NCBI RefSeq assembly: GCF_006345805.1
Contig: NC_042997.1
Coordinates: 174,840,001 to 174,904,000, forward strand
Reading direction: 5' to 3'
DNA length: 64,000 nucleotides
Source: Octopus sinensis
Taxonomy: Eukaryota
Numbering within the stretch: position 1 is the stretch's first letter; the number at the start of each line of letters is the position of its first letter. Below the pieces are notes generated by a model, which saw nothing but the letters and a program-made list of their open reading frames with translations, did not search any database and was not told where the DNA came from. Of this stretch, positions 12,912 through 26,384 are shown piece after piece. The translations under genes were made by a program, and so were the position numbers.

Positions 12912-14427
12912 TCAAAGTTATTGAGTTAAAGCCAAAAAGACCAGCAATTAGCTGTGGCACTCTTCCAGAAAAAAAGAGAGAACTTTCAAAAGAAGTTCAA
13001 CGAAGCAAGCACCAAGAGAAACAAAAAGAAACTGAAGAAAGTGGAAAGAAGAGGAAGAAAGAAAATGTTAAATAAAAATAATAATAATAATAAAAGAAAT
13101 ATTAAAGATACAAGTGACAAGAAACAAAGAAAGAGAGACACGTGAAAAAAAATGGGGGAAGACTGAAAAACAAAAAGAGCCAGGAAAAAAAATGAGGCAG
13201 ATGAAAACAGATGGGGTGGTGAATAGTGAAAGAAGCAAAGAAAAAAAAAACGAAAAAAGTGTCAATGAGAACGAATGAGAAGATGAAGAAAAGAAAAAAA
13301 TGATATAATGAGAGATAAAAGAAGAAAATGAGTTGCACAAGAGGGGAAAACGAGTTAGGCCAAAAGAATGATGGAATGAAGCAAATGGAATAGAATGAAT
13401 GAATGAATGAAGAATGAATGAATGAATGAAATAGGAAGAGTAAAGAATTAGAGATATCATCATCATCATCATCAACATCATCATCATCATCATTATTATT
13501 ATTATTAGTGTTTTTGTTGTTGTTGCCATGGACGCACACGTTTATAGAATTCCTGCTTCTAAGCATTTTCATGGGATTTTTCTTAGGATTTTTCACGGAT
13601 TACTTGAAAAAAAAAAAAGTATTTTTTTCATTTTTCATTCTGGGCTCTTGACAAGTAACTTTTTGGGGGATTATTTAACCTTCACCACATTTTCTTCAGC
13701 TGGAAAAAAGGTTTTTTACTCTGAACATTTCTACCGGGGAGCCATTTATAGATTTGTTCACGTTTAAAAATTACTCTATCAATGGGAGAAGAAATAGACA
13801 TTCGTCACAATGCTGGTAGCAACGGTGGAAAACGAAAAAAAAAAATAAATAATAATAATAAAACACACCCACCTTTTTTTTTTTTTTTTTAGACACGAAA
13901 GCAGACAATTTGACAACGAAACAAATACTCAGACTTGCACGCACAAACATTCACAGACTAACTTTAAAAAGAAGAATCTGCTATAAACGGTAACTTAAAT
14001 TAAAAACATTAACGACATCACCGTCAGCAACTCATCATTTTTGCTGACGTTGTGAGTTCTAGGGAACTCATTATAAGAGCCGATTCCATATGTGGAAAAA
14101 AAAATATCATGCTTCGATACAAGAGGGTTTTTACCCAAGTAAGGAGAGGTGGGAAGTTACATTCCTCTGTGATGTTAATACCAAGGAGAGATTCCCAGTA
14201 ACCACGAAAAAGAAGTCGGAGAAAGTTCTAGTTGACGTGTAAGAGGATATAATGCTTCTTCGACTGAGCCAGGTCATATGGAAGTGTGTGCTTGGAGTCG
14301 ATGTATTCGACTATATCCCTACCTCCAAAATGTCAGGGCTTGTGTCTGTTGTAGAAAGATTATTGTTATTATTTTGGTTTGGCTCAGGTTCGGTCTTATT
14401 CCTGGTAGGAATCATGTGGATAGCTGG

Positions 14428-14519
<92 letters not shown>

Positions 14520-14565
14520 CATTACTACTACTACTACTACTACTACTATTATTATTATTATATTA

Positions 14566-14601
<36 letters not shown>

Positions 14602-14814
14602 GGTGGTGAGATGCCAGAATCGTTAGTACGCCGGGGAAAATGCTTAGCGGCATTTCACTGTCTTTATGTTCTAAGTTCAAATGCCACCAAAGCATGATAC
14701 CACTCCAATCATTTAAAATCAAAAGTCATGAGAGCCACTGCTTGGTACTGCATCAGAGCATTTATCATTATTATTATCATTATTATTATTATTATTATCA
14801 TCATTATTATTATA

Positions 14815-15525
14815 TGTTTGACTTTTGCTTTACATTTGTACAAGTTGGCTCGAAGTTTCACCCAGAGACCTCAAGAGACAATAAGTTGGAAGTTCATGTT
14901 GGTGTTATGCCTAGGGTGCCATGTATTTGGTTTTGTACTTAGTGTTGTACTAGTGAATGTCTAAAAAACCATACGAAAATTGTGTTTGTTTTAAAACTTG
15001 AGATTACATAGGAAGTATTTTGCGTAGGATATGAACAGTTCCCATGAGCACTATCTTTTGAATTTCAGCCATTTTGGGGTTTCCTGGTATCTGAGTTAGG
15101 TAGAAATCAGCCCCTTTTGCTATCATTCCTAGGGCACCCATAACAACAGGTATTGTTTTAGTGTTCAGATTCCACATTTTGTTAATTTCTATTTCAAGAT
15201 CTTTATACTTGTTCAGTTTTTGGTAGGTCTTGACAGATACGTTTATATCGATTGGGACAGTCATATCAATGAGGAGGCATGATCTTTGTCTGATGTCTTT
15301 CAATATAATGCCTGGCCTATTTACATCTGTGTTTCTGTCAGTTTGAATGGTGAAGTTCCAGAGGAGTAAGATGTAATCATTTTGAAGCACTGGAGGTAGT
15401 TTGTATTCCCACCAGTTTTTATCATGGAGCAATTACCCAGTGAATATATGCCTGTTGAGATACTCTGTAGGCGCAAGAAGACTGTACATGGAGACAACAT
15501 GATCCATGGTTTCCTTTTGTTGTTG
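14815..15525 (-). mobile_element. 5'-truncated R4/Dong-type non-LTR retrotransposon: zinc-knuckle remnant + restriction-like endonuclease C-terminus + 3' UTR
   Basis: ORF 15004-15432: LLWNFTIQTDR..NRPGIILKD..CLLIDMTVPID..KLNKYKDLEIEI..IPVVMGALG; upstream ETMDHVVS..EYLNRH; flanked by TAA/GAT repeats. Confidence 0.85.
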
Positions 15526-15994
15526 ACATATTATCATCATCATCATCATCATCCATCATCATCACCACCACCACCACCACCATCACCATCATCATCATCA
15601 TCATCATTATTATTACTACTACTACTACTACTACTGTTGTTGTTATCAATCTTGGTAGGGATTAAAATTCAGAATGTAGACTAGCACAGCTAAATACCGC
15701 CGTTTATTTCGTCTAAGGCCGTAGCATTTCTACCAAACCATTGCCATAATACAGAGTGATTATATTCGTTATAGGCTGCACCATTTGTTCATTCATAATT
15801 TCGTAAGTGACCGATTGGTTCACATTTTGATGAGGAGCTTCTAAATAGTCATCCCGTGACTAACCGATTATTTATTGTCGGACAACTGTTACCGCATGAA
15901 GGAATGAACCAGCTATCGTCCGACTCCGATCATTCGCCGCTTCCCTTTAGTCTTTCTCCGACTTATGGCTAATATGAAAGAGGTGGTGTGATTG

Positions 15995-16290
15995 TGACGT
16001 ATCGCCACGGTGGGGCACCGTCGTTCGTTTTGTTACATTTTCTTTAATCCTCCTTTTATAGTTGGCATTTTGTGAATGAATGAGTTTGATGTTCCATTTG
16101 TATTTCCTTCCCTGAAGTTGGCCCAACCAGGTCTTTTGGCAGTAGGAGATCCAGTCCTATTTCAAAGACATCTATGTCCACCCCATGTGGGTCCTTGAAT
16201 TCTAAGTTATTACAGTGTCTGGTTCTGTAATTTCATGGCAAAAATGGGATTTTTTACTCTACGGATTGGTACCTTGTTCTGGTGCAAGTC
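15995..16290 (-). mobile_element. Decayed 3' end of a CR1-like LINE
   Basis: Minus-strand translation fragments RTRHCNNLEFKGP / VDIDVFEIGLDLL; tail ACGGTGCCCCACCGTGGC. Confidence 0.5.
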
Positions 16291-16897
16291 TTCAATGACG
16301 GGCAAAAGAGAACTCTTTGATTAAACTGAAAAGTCATTGAATTATGAGACACCCTCTAAACAAGTTTAGATACTTTTTCTAGTTCGCGAAAGATTTTTAT
16401 GGTCGGTGTGTGACATAAATTGTTCTGTTTTGTTAATTCTCGCGCAGTTTACTGTCGATTTTTTCCTCCACCACGGTTTCTAGAAGCTCAATACTTAGGA
16501 AATTGATATCGTCCACATTGAGAGGAATCTGCGGGAGAAAAATTTCCTGAGCGAAACTCATCAAAACATCGTTGACATCTCAGCACACTTGAAACTTCAT
16601 TTCAATAAACAGAGTGAAAAATTTCTTGACGCTTCGTGCTGGAGAGCCTCTTTTGAATTTATACAGCGTGTAGTGTGTCTGATATGAGCCTGATCTAAAC
16701 TCATTTTAAAAGTGTGAAATAGATTCGAATTTAACCACTATATTATAACGTATTCTACAAAAAAAAAAAGAGAGAGAGAGAGAAGAAAGCTGTAAAAACG
16801 CTATAAAAATTAATGCTTATTTTACTGCAAGTAGTAAAAAACTATCTTCAAAGTGATCATGCCAAAAATGCGACAGGAGTTGTTTTCCGACCTAATA
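16290..16897 (-). mobile_element. Decayed mariner 5' half (TIR + transposase HTH)
   Basis: TIR-like TATTAGGTCGGAAAAC at 16897; frameshifted MSLDQAHIRH/YTLYKFKRGS/CQRCFDEFRSGNFS/ELLETVVEE/TARELT/ELEKVSKL. Confidence 0.75.
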
Positions 16898-17252
16898 TAC
16901 GAAGAGTGAGAGCGGGGAGGAGAAAGAGATAATGGTTAGCAACGAAATGTACATCTGGCTTTCATTAGAACACAACAGTTTCAGCATAAACCAAGTAAAA
17001 CAGAAATAATAACAAATGAAACAAAGTAAAATGCGAGATTTGCCTCTTCAAGGAGTTTCATTCTTTTTCGCGTGTTACACAGCCTTTTTTCTATCTTCAC
17101 TTCTAGATTATAGACATCCCGCGTTAGTATATTCTTTCTGTCGAAACAAAACTAATATTGAGCACGTAATCAGAAGCAAATTGGTATTGTTCTAAAGGGA
17201 AGAGTAGAAAATTGTTTATCTTAAAAGGAATGTAATTAAGCAAAGTACGCAT

Positions 17253-17306
<54 letters not shown>

Positions 17307-17545
17307 GCATGTATATGCGTGTGTGTGTGTGTATATATATATATATGAATATAAATAGAAAGATAGATAGATACATATATATACATACATATATATATAT
17401 AATATACATATATATATATACACACATATATATATACACATATATATATATTTATATATATACATAATATGTATTCATATATACATATTTATACACATAT
17501 TCACATATACATAGACATATATATACATATATTCATATTTATATA

Positions 17546-18157
17546 TACGTCATCTGATCAATAAGTATCTGGACTGTTGCCATAATAACGAAGCTAAAGC
17601 ACGCAGAATGAAGCCGCTTGGCGCAGATTAATCTTGAACTCTGCTCTGCATATACGCACTGAGTTTGACCCTGTAACTCATTTCCGCTGTTTATAGCAGT
17701 TCTTTGGAAGGAAGGTGTGTAACGTGTGATCGTCGCATTGACCATGACAGAGATAGTTAAGCAGAAAGACTACATCAAATTTTGCCAAAAGCTCAGAGGC
17801 CTACGCAAAGTTTTCAAAATGTTTTCAACATTCTGGACACAATCAAGATCTTGTGCAACTGAAACCCGAGTGTCCTTTACAAAACTTGACAGACACGCGT
17901 ATCATATCAAAATCTTCAGCGATAATAGACTGAACTGAACCGTAACTAATCTGCACATCCTCTGATAATTCACGGGTGGTAATTCGACAATTTCCCCTCA
18001 CAGCTGCATGGACATCTGCGATGTGTTTCTCAGTTCTGCTGGTTGCGGGTCTCACAGGACGTTCGCCAATATTGACATTTTTACGGACATCTTGGGAACG
18101 TCTAAACCACTCGTACACTTGTGTACGTTTCATACTTTCCTCTCCATACACTTTCTG
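17546..18157. mobile_element. Mariner 5' fragment with an internal inversion
   Basis: TA+CGTCATCTGATCAATAAGTATCTGGACT TIR; MTEIVKQKDYIKFCQKL on + (17744); continuation QKVYGEESMKRTQVYEWFRR..RITTRELSEDVQISYGSVQSI..RVSVKF on - (18157 to ~17810). Confidence 0.85.
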
Positions 18158-18159
18158 CC

Positions 18160-18570
18160 ATGATAAGAGGAGGAAGCAATGAAGAGTAGAAGGTGGGTAG
18201 GAGTGAAGAGAGGAAATAGGTGTCAGAGAAAGTGAGGAAGTAGATGTCAGATGAAGAGAGGAGGAGATATGAGCCATGTGACTCAAAGGAGCGAAGTTAG
18301 ATTAATTCTGTGCAAAGATAATCCGAACACTGACAGGTGTTGTAGTGAATGACCGGTAGAGCAGAAATGGCGTGAGACCGGGGTGTCATTGCTGAGTCTG
18401 ATGTCTCGGAGGTGCTTCGCGAACCGGTCAACAAAGCGGCGTCTCGTTTGACCGATGTACAGAGAAGGGCAGAAAGAGCAGTAAAGGAGTCGGTGACATG
18501 ATAGGGACGATGATGGGTGCTTGTGAGGATGGTGGTGTTGGAGAGGTAGGAGGAAAGTGCGTCGCATATA
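18160..18570 (-). mobile_element. Penelope-like element, GIY-YIG endonuclease fragment
   Basis: YHVTDSFT / CPSLYIGQTRRRFVDRFAKHLRDIR..TPVSRHFCSTGHSLQHLSVFGL. Confidence 0.85.
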
Positions 18571-19476
18571 TAAATACATATACATATATATACACATATA
18601 TGTATATATGTGTGTATTTATATATATATATATATGTGGGTGAGTGTGTGTGAGTGTGCGTGTACGTGCGTGTACGTGCGTGTACGTGCGTGTACGTGCG
18701 TGTGCGTGTATGTATTATATACTTATGTAAAATTGCTATCCTGTACCATCAGCACCTACAAGTACAAAAGCAGCCACAGCCACCTTACAGGGCAACGAAT
18801 GAGCTTCCTATGCTGTCGGCCAAAATGCGAGAAATAGCAAACAAATCTTCCTCAACATACACCCCGTGGTGTTATAAAGGTGGAAGGGGACTTTCGATAA
18901 TAGGATCTCATAACACTGTGCGGAAAAATCAAAATTATAATGACCGGATGATCATGCTTTTCATCATAAATGTGCTCGCCCTTTTTTTTCATATTTTTGC
19001 TGAAATTTCATTGCATTTTGTTACATTTTTGCTGAGAAAAGAAAATGAGATGTAAAAAAATAATTACTTAAAATAGGCATCTCCCCAGGGTCTTCAACAC
19101 AGTAAAAACAGATATGACGAGTTTTAGAATTGTTAGTTGTTGAAACGGTTACGTAAATTTATATATAACAACTTCTGTTCAGTATACGAAGAGGCTAAAC
19201 AAATGGCTACTTTCAGTTCAACACTGGCTGAAGAATTGAATTATCGGCGAAACATCTATATATCCATCGAGGTAATTGTGGTAAATATTCCATATTTCCT
19301 CTGTGTGATATAATGCAGACCCATTCTTTCCGTTATTTATTCGCTGGAATAAAGCTGTGCACCTATTTGTAGAGACGTTGTGCTCTTTTAGTGATTAACT
19401 ATCACGCTTAGCTTAACTAAAATTATACTGTCCAGCTTCAGGTGCATTTGTCTTCTATATCTAGATCTTCTAGATA

Positions 19477-19702
19477 AAGGCGGCGAGCTGCAGAAACGGT
19501 AGCACGCCGGGCGAAATGCGTAGCTGTATTTCGTCTGCCGTACGTTCTGAGTTCAAATTCGCCGAGGTGACTTTGCCTTTCATCCTTTCGGGGTCGACAA
19601 ATAAGTACCAGTTACGCACTGGGGTCGATGAATCGACTTAACGCTTTGTCTGTCCTTGTTGTCCCTCTGGGTTTAGCCCCTTGTGGGTAGTAAAGAAATA
19701 TA
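19477..19702 (+). mobile_element. SINE-B
   Basis: AAGGCGGCGAGCTG head, Meta-like block. Confidence 0.85.
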
Positions 19703-20826
19703 TATCTAGATCTTCTCATCTATCTAGCAATTAATATATATATATATTATATATATATGTACATACGTATGTATGTTATATATTGTGTGTGTCTTTGTCT
19801 GTGTATGAGTGTATATAATATATATATATATTATATATATACAATATACCGTATATACGTATACATATATATATATATACATATATATGTACACGTATAT
19901 AAACACACACACCACACACACATATATATATATATAAAGTATAAGTATTTTATATTATATTTATTTATATATATATATATATGTGGGTGAGTGTGTGTGA
20001 GTGTGCGTGTACGTGCGTGTACGTGCGTGTACGTGCGTGTACGTGCGTGTGCGTGTATGTATTATATACTTATGTAAAATTGCTATCCCTGTACCATCAG
20101 CACCTACAAGTACAAAAGCAGCACAGCACCTTACAGGGCAACGAATGAGCTTCCTATGCTGTCGGCCAAAATGCGAGAAATAGCAAACAAATCTTCCTCA
20201 ACATACACCCCGTGGTGTTATAAAGGTGGAAGGGGACTTTCGATAATAGGATCTCATAACACTGTGCGGAAAAATCAAAATTATAATGACCGGATGATCA
20301 TGCTTTTCATCATAAATGTGCTCGCCCTTTTTTTTCATATTTTTGCTGAAATTTCATTGCATTTTGTTACATTTTTGCTGAGAAAAGAAAATGAGATGTA
20401 AAAAAATAATTACTTAAAATAGGCATCTCCCCAGGGTCTTCAACACAGTAAAAACAGATATGACGGAGTTTTAGAATTTGTTAGTTGTTGAAACGGTTAC
20501 GTAAATTTATATATAACAACTTCTGTTCAGTATACGAAGAGGCTAAACAAATGGCTACTTTCAGTTCAACACTGGCTGAAGAATTGAATTATCGGCGAAA
20601 CATCTATATATCCATCGAGGTAACTTGTGGTAAATATTCCATATTTCCTCTGTGTGATATAATGCAGACCCATTCTTTCCGTTTATTTAATTCGCTGGAA
20701 TAAAGCTGTGCACCTATTTGTAGAGACGTTGTGCTCTTTTAGTGATTAACTATCACGCTTAGCTTAACTAAAATTATACTGTCCAGCTTCAGGTGCATTT
20801 GTCTTCTATATCTAGATCTTCTAGAT

Positions 20827-21062
20827 AAAGGCGGCGAGCTGGCAGAAACGGTAGCACGCCGGGCGAAATGCGTAGCTGTATTTCGTCTGCCGTTACGTTC
20901 TGAGTTCAAATTCCGCCGAGGTTGACTTTGCCTTTCATCCTTTCGGGGTCGACAAATTAAGTACCAGTTACGCACTGGGGTCGATGGAATCGACTTAATC
21001 GCTTTGTCTGTCCTTGTTTGTCCCCTCTGTGTTTAGCCCCTTGTGGGTAGTAAAGAAATATA
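20827..21062 (+). mobile_element. SINE-B, full length
   Basis: Consensus match. Confidence 0.9.
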
Positions 21063-21174
21063 TATCTAGATCTTCTCATCTATCTATCAATTCATATATA
21101 TATATATTTATATATATATGTACATACGTATGTATGTATATATATCTGTGTGTGTCTTTGTCTGTGTATGAGTG

Positions 21175-21205
<31 letters not shown>

Positions 21206-21268
21206 CACATATACTCGTATATACGTATACATATATATATATATACATATATATGTACACGTATATAA

Positions 21269-21301
<33 letters not shown>

Positions 21302-21743
21302 AAGTATAAGTATTTTATATTTATATTTATTTATATATATATATACAGACACACATGCTTATACATATATATTAAATACATTAAATACTTTACATTCACA
21401 CACGCACATACAGAAACACACACACACACACATATATGCATGTGAGTATGTGATTTTTGTCTCTGTGTGTCCGTGTGTGTACATGCATCAATGGACTTTC
21501 TTTAGATTGCAATCAGAACAAGTGGCTTTTGAGAGAATATAACTTATGAGACAGTTTTAAAGTTGATGAATTAATAACATGAAACATTACTCTTAGAACG
21601 AACCTAAGAGAGGACAGAGCAAGGCCATAGATTTAGGAGAGGTTAGAGGGAATCATGGGAGTTCAGAGATAATATCTATATGTATGTGACTATGAGAATT
21701 TAATGTAATATGTGTATGTGTGTGCATTTGTGTATGTGTGTGT

Positions 21744-21797
<54 letters not shown>

Positions 21798-21811
21798 CTT
21801 CTGTTAACATG

Positions 21812-22061
21812 CTCTTTTACTCTTTTACTTGTTTCAGTCATTTGACTGCGGCCATGCTGGAGCACCGCCTTTAGTCGAGCAAATCGACTCCCAGGACTTA
21901 TTCTTTGGAAGCCTAGTACTTATTCTATCGGTTTCTTTTGCCGAAGCGCTAAGTTACGGGGACGTAAACACACCAGCATCGGTTGTCAAGCGATGTTGGG
22001 GGGTACAAACACAGACACACAATATATCCACACACACACACGCACACACACAGATTATTAT

Positions 22062-22104
<43 letters not shown>

Positions 22105-22268
22105 CGACGGGATTCTTTCAGTTTCTGTCTACCAATCCACTCACAAGGCTTTGGTCGGCCTGAGACTATAGTAGAAGACACTTACCCAAGGTGCCACACA
22201 GTGGGAATGAAACCGGAACTATGTGGTTGGTAAGCAAGTTACTTACCACACAGCCACCTCTGTGCCTA
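21812..22268 (-). mobile_element. SINE-A, full length
   Basis: Consensus match. Confidence 0.9.
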
Positions 22269-22468
22269 TGAATAATTTTGACATTCCTGATATTTGTGTA
22301 CATATTTGTATGTCTTTGTGGTTGAGCATATACATACAGATATATACAGGCCTATGTATATTTTAACTCCCAGTTATAAAGAGCATTCTATATCACCCAT
22401 CCCTTTGTTGACAAAGTTACAAATATTGGAATAGTCCAAGACAAAACACCAAAGACTTTCTTTTAAAA

Positions 22469-22944
22469 TGAAATTTTGTGTCTAAGGCCAGCTGGTGACG
22501 TTGATCTCCTGGGGCTAAAAGTATCAGTAACACCCCACCCCCAGTGGCTAGCCACATTCAGATGGCTAGTACACTTTACGTTGTCGAGCGGTTACTGTTT
22601 ATATCTCGTTCAGAGATTTATTAATGCTTTCAGACAGTTTTTCTAAATCAGTGACTGAGGTTGCTGTGAAAAACGTTAAATATTATTATTTGCAGAGGGT
22701 CTCCTTCATCGAAAACCGGTGTTTACCATGCGTTGACGAGAGGAGATTACCTTGAAACTATAGTCCGTATGTATCACTTAGGTTTTCGAGGGAGGATGAC
22801 CTCCCTTTGCAAATAACACAAGGGCACTGAAATTTTGTGTCTAAGGCCAGCTGGTGACGTTGATCTCCTGGGGCTAAAAGCATCAGTAACACCCCACCCC
22901 CAGTGGCTAGCCACATTCAGATGGCTAGTACACTTTACGTTGTC
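22469..22944. repeat. 117-bp direct repeats (22469-22585, 22828-22944) bracketing exon B
   Basis: One mismatch between the copies by eye. Confidence 0.9.
22696..22766 (+). CDS. Candidate exon B (R-GSPSSKTGVYHALTRGDYLETIV)
   Basis: TTATTTGCAG acceptor, GTATGT donor; only the phase-2 frame is open, matching exon A. Confidence 0.55.
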
Positions 22945-23609
22945 TGAAAATAGAATGTTATAAAATACAAATTGTTAAATATCAGATAATTTAGCTGAAA
23001 TTACTGGTTTGGGACCTCGGCCCATGGCCACATATTTAGGGAACAGTGGAGTAATCTATAACATCGTCCTAGTACTCGACTGGTACATATTTTATAAAGC
23101 CCAAGGGATAAATTACAATCGCGTTGGCATTCCAATACAGATCTTCGAACGATGCAACAAAAGGCAAATCATTTTCCCGATGCTCTACTGATTCTGCCAG
23201 TCCACTGACCTACTACTACTACTACTACTACTACTACTAATACTACAATGACAACATCAAAAGATCAATAGTTTCTAACTCAGGCACAAAGTCAGAAATT
23301 TTCGGGCTTGACGGCTACCTTATTTTATCGACCATAGATGGATGAAATATCAAGATCTTGGCAACTTTTAAACTCAGATTCTAAAATGCCAAAATAAATA
23401 CAGCAAGGCATTTTATCTGACACTCGCATATTCCCTTCAAACCTTCTTTCTAAATTAGGTGCAAGGCCAGAAATTTCTTGGGAGATGACAGTTTAGCATC
23501 AACCCTAGTATTTCTCTGGTACTTTCTTTTATCGACTCAATTGGAATGAATGTCAAAGACGACCCGAGTCAGAGTTTAAAAGCTACTAACACTCCATTGG
23601 ATACGGCGA

Positions 23610-23905
23610 CGCGGGATCTAGCTGATTCGATCAACAGAAGAGCTTGCTCGTAAATTTAACGTGCAAGTAGTAGCTGAGCACTCTGCAAACATGAGCACCC
23701 TTAATATGAGTTCTCAAGGAGATGCAACATGACATAATGTGACTGAGTTGGCCCTTTGAAATACAGGTACTACTCATTTTTGCCAGTTGAGTGGACCGTA
23801 GCAACGTAAAATAAAGTGCCTTGGCCCAAGACAACGCACCGTCGGCAATCGAATTCATGGCCTTACGATTGGGATACGAATACCCTAACCGCTTGGCTAC
23901 ACGCC
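23610..23905 (-). mobile_element. Older tRNA-derived SINE (related decayed copy at ~8215-8420 +)
   Basis: Minus strand GGCGTGTAGCCAAGCGGTTAGGG...GGCACTTTATTTTACGTTGCT. Confidence 0.65.
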
Positions 23906-24223
23906 TTGTAATTGGGGGATTCAAGAAAAGGATCGCCAAAGTCAAAATGCACCTTAAAAGCCAGTAAATATGCTATATTAAAATGTATGTATAAACATTA
24001 TTATACGCTATCACACATTTTAGAGAATGATCTTACATCGTTTAGGTTACTTGGTTTGCGCTTTCTAGTCCTTATTCTACTTCTGATATTCAAAAGTTTA
24101 TCATAACCCAGGAAAGTAATTAGGTTGACATAGACTCGTGCTTTTCGTTTAGCAAAGTCGTTGCGTTTTGTCATCTTTTTTAAACAATAAAACCTAAGTA
24201 TATGTTTATGTGTATTTATATAT

Positions 24224-24298
<75 letters not shown>

Positions 24299-24331
24299 TA
24301 TATATATAATATATATTATATATATATAATA

Positions 24332-24365
<34 letters not shown>

Positions 24366-24726
24366 CCTGCTCGCTTAACCAGCGGGGTGGCGTCATTCAA
24401 AGGCTAAAAAACAATGCGAACGCATTGTGACCAGCGATGTGTAACAACATCTGATGGTCTGGTCGGTCACGTGATCACGTGATATATATATATATATATG
24501 TGTATGCATGTATACACACACATATATATGTATACATATGTGTGTGTGTATGCATGGATGTATGCATGTACACGAGCACATGCATGTTTGCATATCCATA
24601 AATATGAGGAGATATCTAGTGCACCCATGTACGCAGTTGTATATTTGTGTGTAAGTGTATGTATGCACGTATAAATTCGCATATATATATATACATTTAT
24701 AAATACATATGTGTACGCACACACAT

Positions 24727-24806
<80 letters not shown>

Positions 24807-24888
24807 TATATACGTATGTATGTATGTATATATACATATATCTAGATTACTCGCACGTATGTCGCTGTAGATATTTGTATGCTTGTAT

Positions 24889-24988
24889 NNNNNNNNNNNN
24901 NNNNNNNNNNNNNNNNNNNNNNNNNNNNNNNNNNNNNNNNNNNNNNNNNNNNNNNNNNNNNNNNNNNNNNNNNNNNNNNNNNNNNNNN
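24889..24988. other. Assembly gap (100 N)
   Basis: Run of N. Confidence 1.
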
Positions 24989-25467
24989 ATTTTGTCAATG
25001 CACAGGTCGCAGTCTCAAAGCGACGAAAATATTTTGGCAAATTAAATTTAAATGTTGAAGTGAATCTAACGGTTTCTGTGTGTTTCTTAAATGGCTTATA
25101 AACACCTTCAAAGCTGAAAAAAAATCTATAATAAATACACAAACAAATGGAAAACAGACACGGAAGGTGACCAAATCCTCATCTCTTTTCCGTTCGTTTG
25201 TGGATTTATTATGTTTTTAACTTATTTGATGGAGGGTCACTTACCCTTATTTTGTTTACAGTAAGTATATATATATATATATATCAAAACAGGAGGTTGG
25301 AAAATTTGCCGAGAAATGCTTATTCACCATTACATGCGTTTCATTTGCCCAAAGGAGTTACAAAATCGTACCAGTGGAAAAAACGTTTTCTCAGTGAATC
25401 AAATGATTATTTGACTTTCTGTCTCGACAAAAGGGACCGATAGACAAAGTTCTAATCTTTAAAAACA

Positions 25468-25526
<59 letters not shown>

Positions 25527-25529
<3 letters not shown>

Positions 25530-25832
25530 CACATGGCCTAGTGGTTAGAGCAGCGGACTCGCGGTCGAAGGATCGAGGGTTCGAATCTCAGACAGGGCGA
25601 TGTGTGTGTTAATGAGCGAAACACCTAAGCTCCATGCAGCTCCGGCAGAAGGTAATGGCAAACTTCTGCTGACTCTTCGCCACACACACAACTTCTCTCA
25701 CTCTTGCCTCCTGCATCTTGCAGCTGACCTGTGACGGACCGGCGTCCCGTCCAGGTGGGAACCTATATGCCGAGGAAACCGGTAAAGCCGGCCTATGAGC
25801 CAGGCGTGGTTCGAGAAAGAACAAACAACAAC
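25527..25832 (+). mobile_element. tRNA-derived SINE, family D
   Basis: TGGCCTAGTGGTTAG box A, GGTTCGAATC box B; 3' GGAAACCGG..CCTATGAGCC tail with (AAC)n. Confidence 0.8.
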
Positions 25833-25990
25833 ATATATATAGTACTGTTGTTGATTTCTTCGATTAAACCCTTTCTGGCGGTACTCCAGCATGACCGCGG
25901 TCCAATAACTGAAAGAAGTAAACGATAAAAGATAAGAAAACATAGTTCAATTATCAGATCGAGAGCTCGATACAAAACAAAGGGTATAAT

Positions 25991-26384
25991 TATTATATAT
26001 AAAGGTCAATTTGTGTGTCTGTCTCCTACGATCTAGATTCCTAACTACTCCCACATTTTGCGGTGCAGTTTAACCAAAACCGGGTATCTTATAGTCGTGA
26101 TTCTTATCGAGCCCTTCTGGTATTAGCGCGCGTCTACGATGAGTCTACGATTTAAAAAAGAAAATTTACCATCATTTTTCCATTTTAATGCATTTTTTCG
26201 CTATTATATAAGGGAAGTACCTCTCTAAAAATGTCTACGATGAGTCAACGATTTAAAAAAAAAATTACCATCATTTTTTTTCCATTTTAATGCATTTTTT
26301 GCTATTTTTTTACTATAACTCTCTAAAAATGCTTATATAGTTATTTCCCTTACAAACCCGAGCAACGCCGGGCGATACTGCTAG
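25991..26384 (+). mobile_element. Non-autonomous Helitron
   Basis: 3' hairpin CCCGAGCAACGCCGGG (26357-26372) then CTAG|T (26381-26384); AT-rich 5' end; internal ~70-bp tandem duplication. Confidence 0.7.

Larger units (their letters stand above)
18610..21345. repeat. ~1.35-kb tandem duplication, each unit containing a SINE-B
   Basis: ATGTGGGTGAG at 18634 and 19981; units differ mostly by 1-bp indels. Confidence 0.9.

Noticed and set aside
15775-15802. 28-nt micro-exon with GTAAGT donor
   Set aside because: Would break the frame between exons A and B, and no compensating exon was found
16499-16690. Plus-strand open frame EIDIVHIERNL.. as a host exon
   Set aside because: It is the antisense of the decayed mariner transposase
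22469-22944. TRIM/LTR mini-element
   Set aside because: Repeats do not end in CA; no PBS, PPT or target-site duplication
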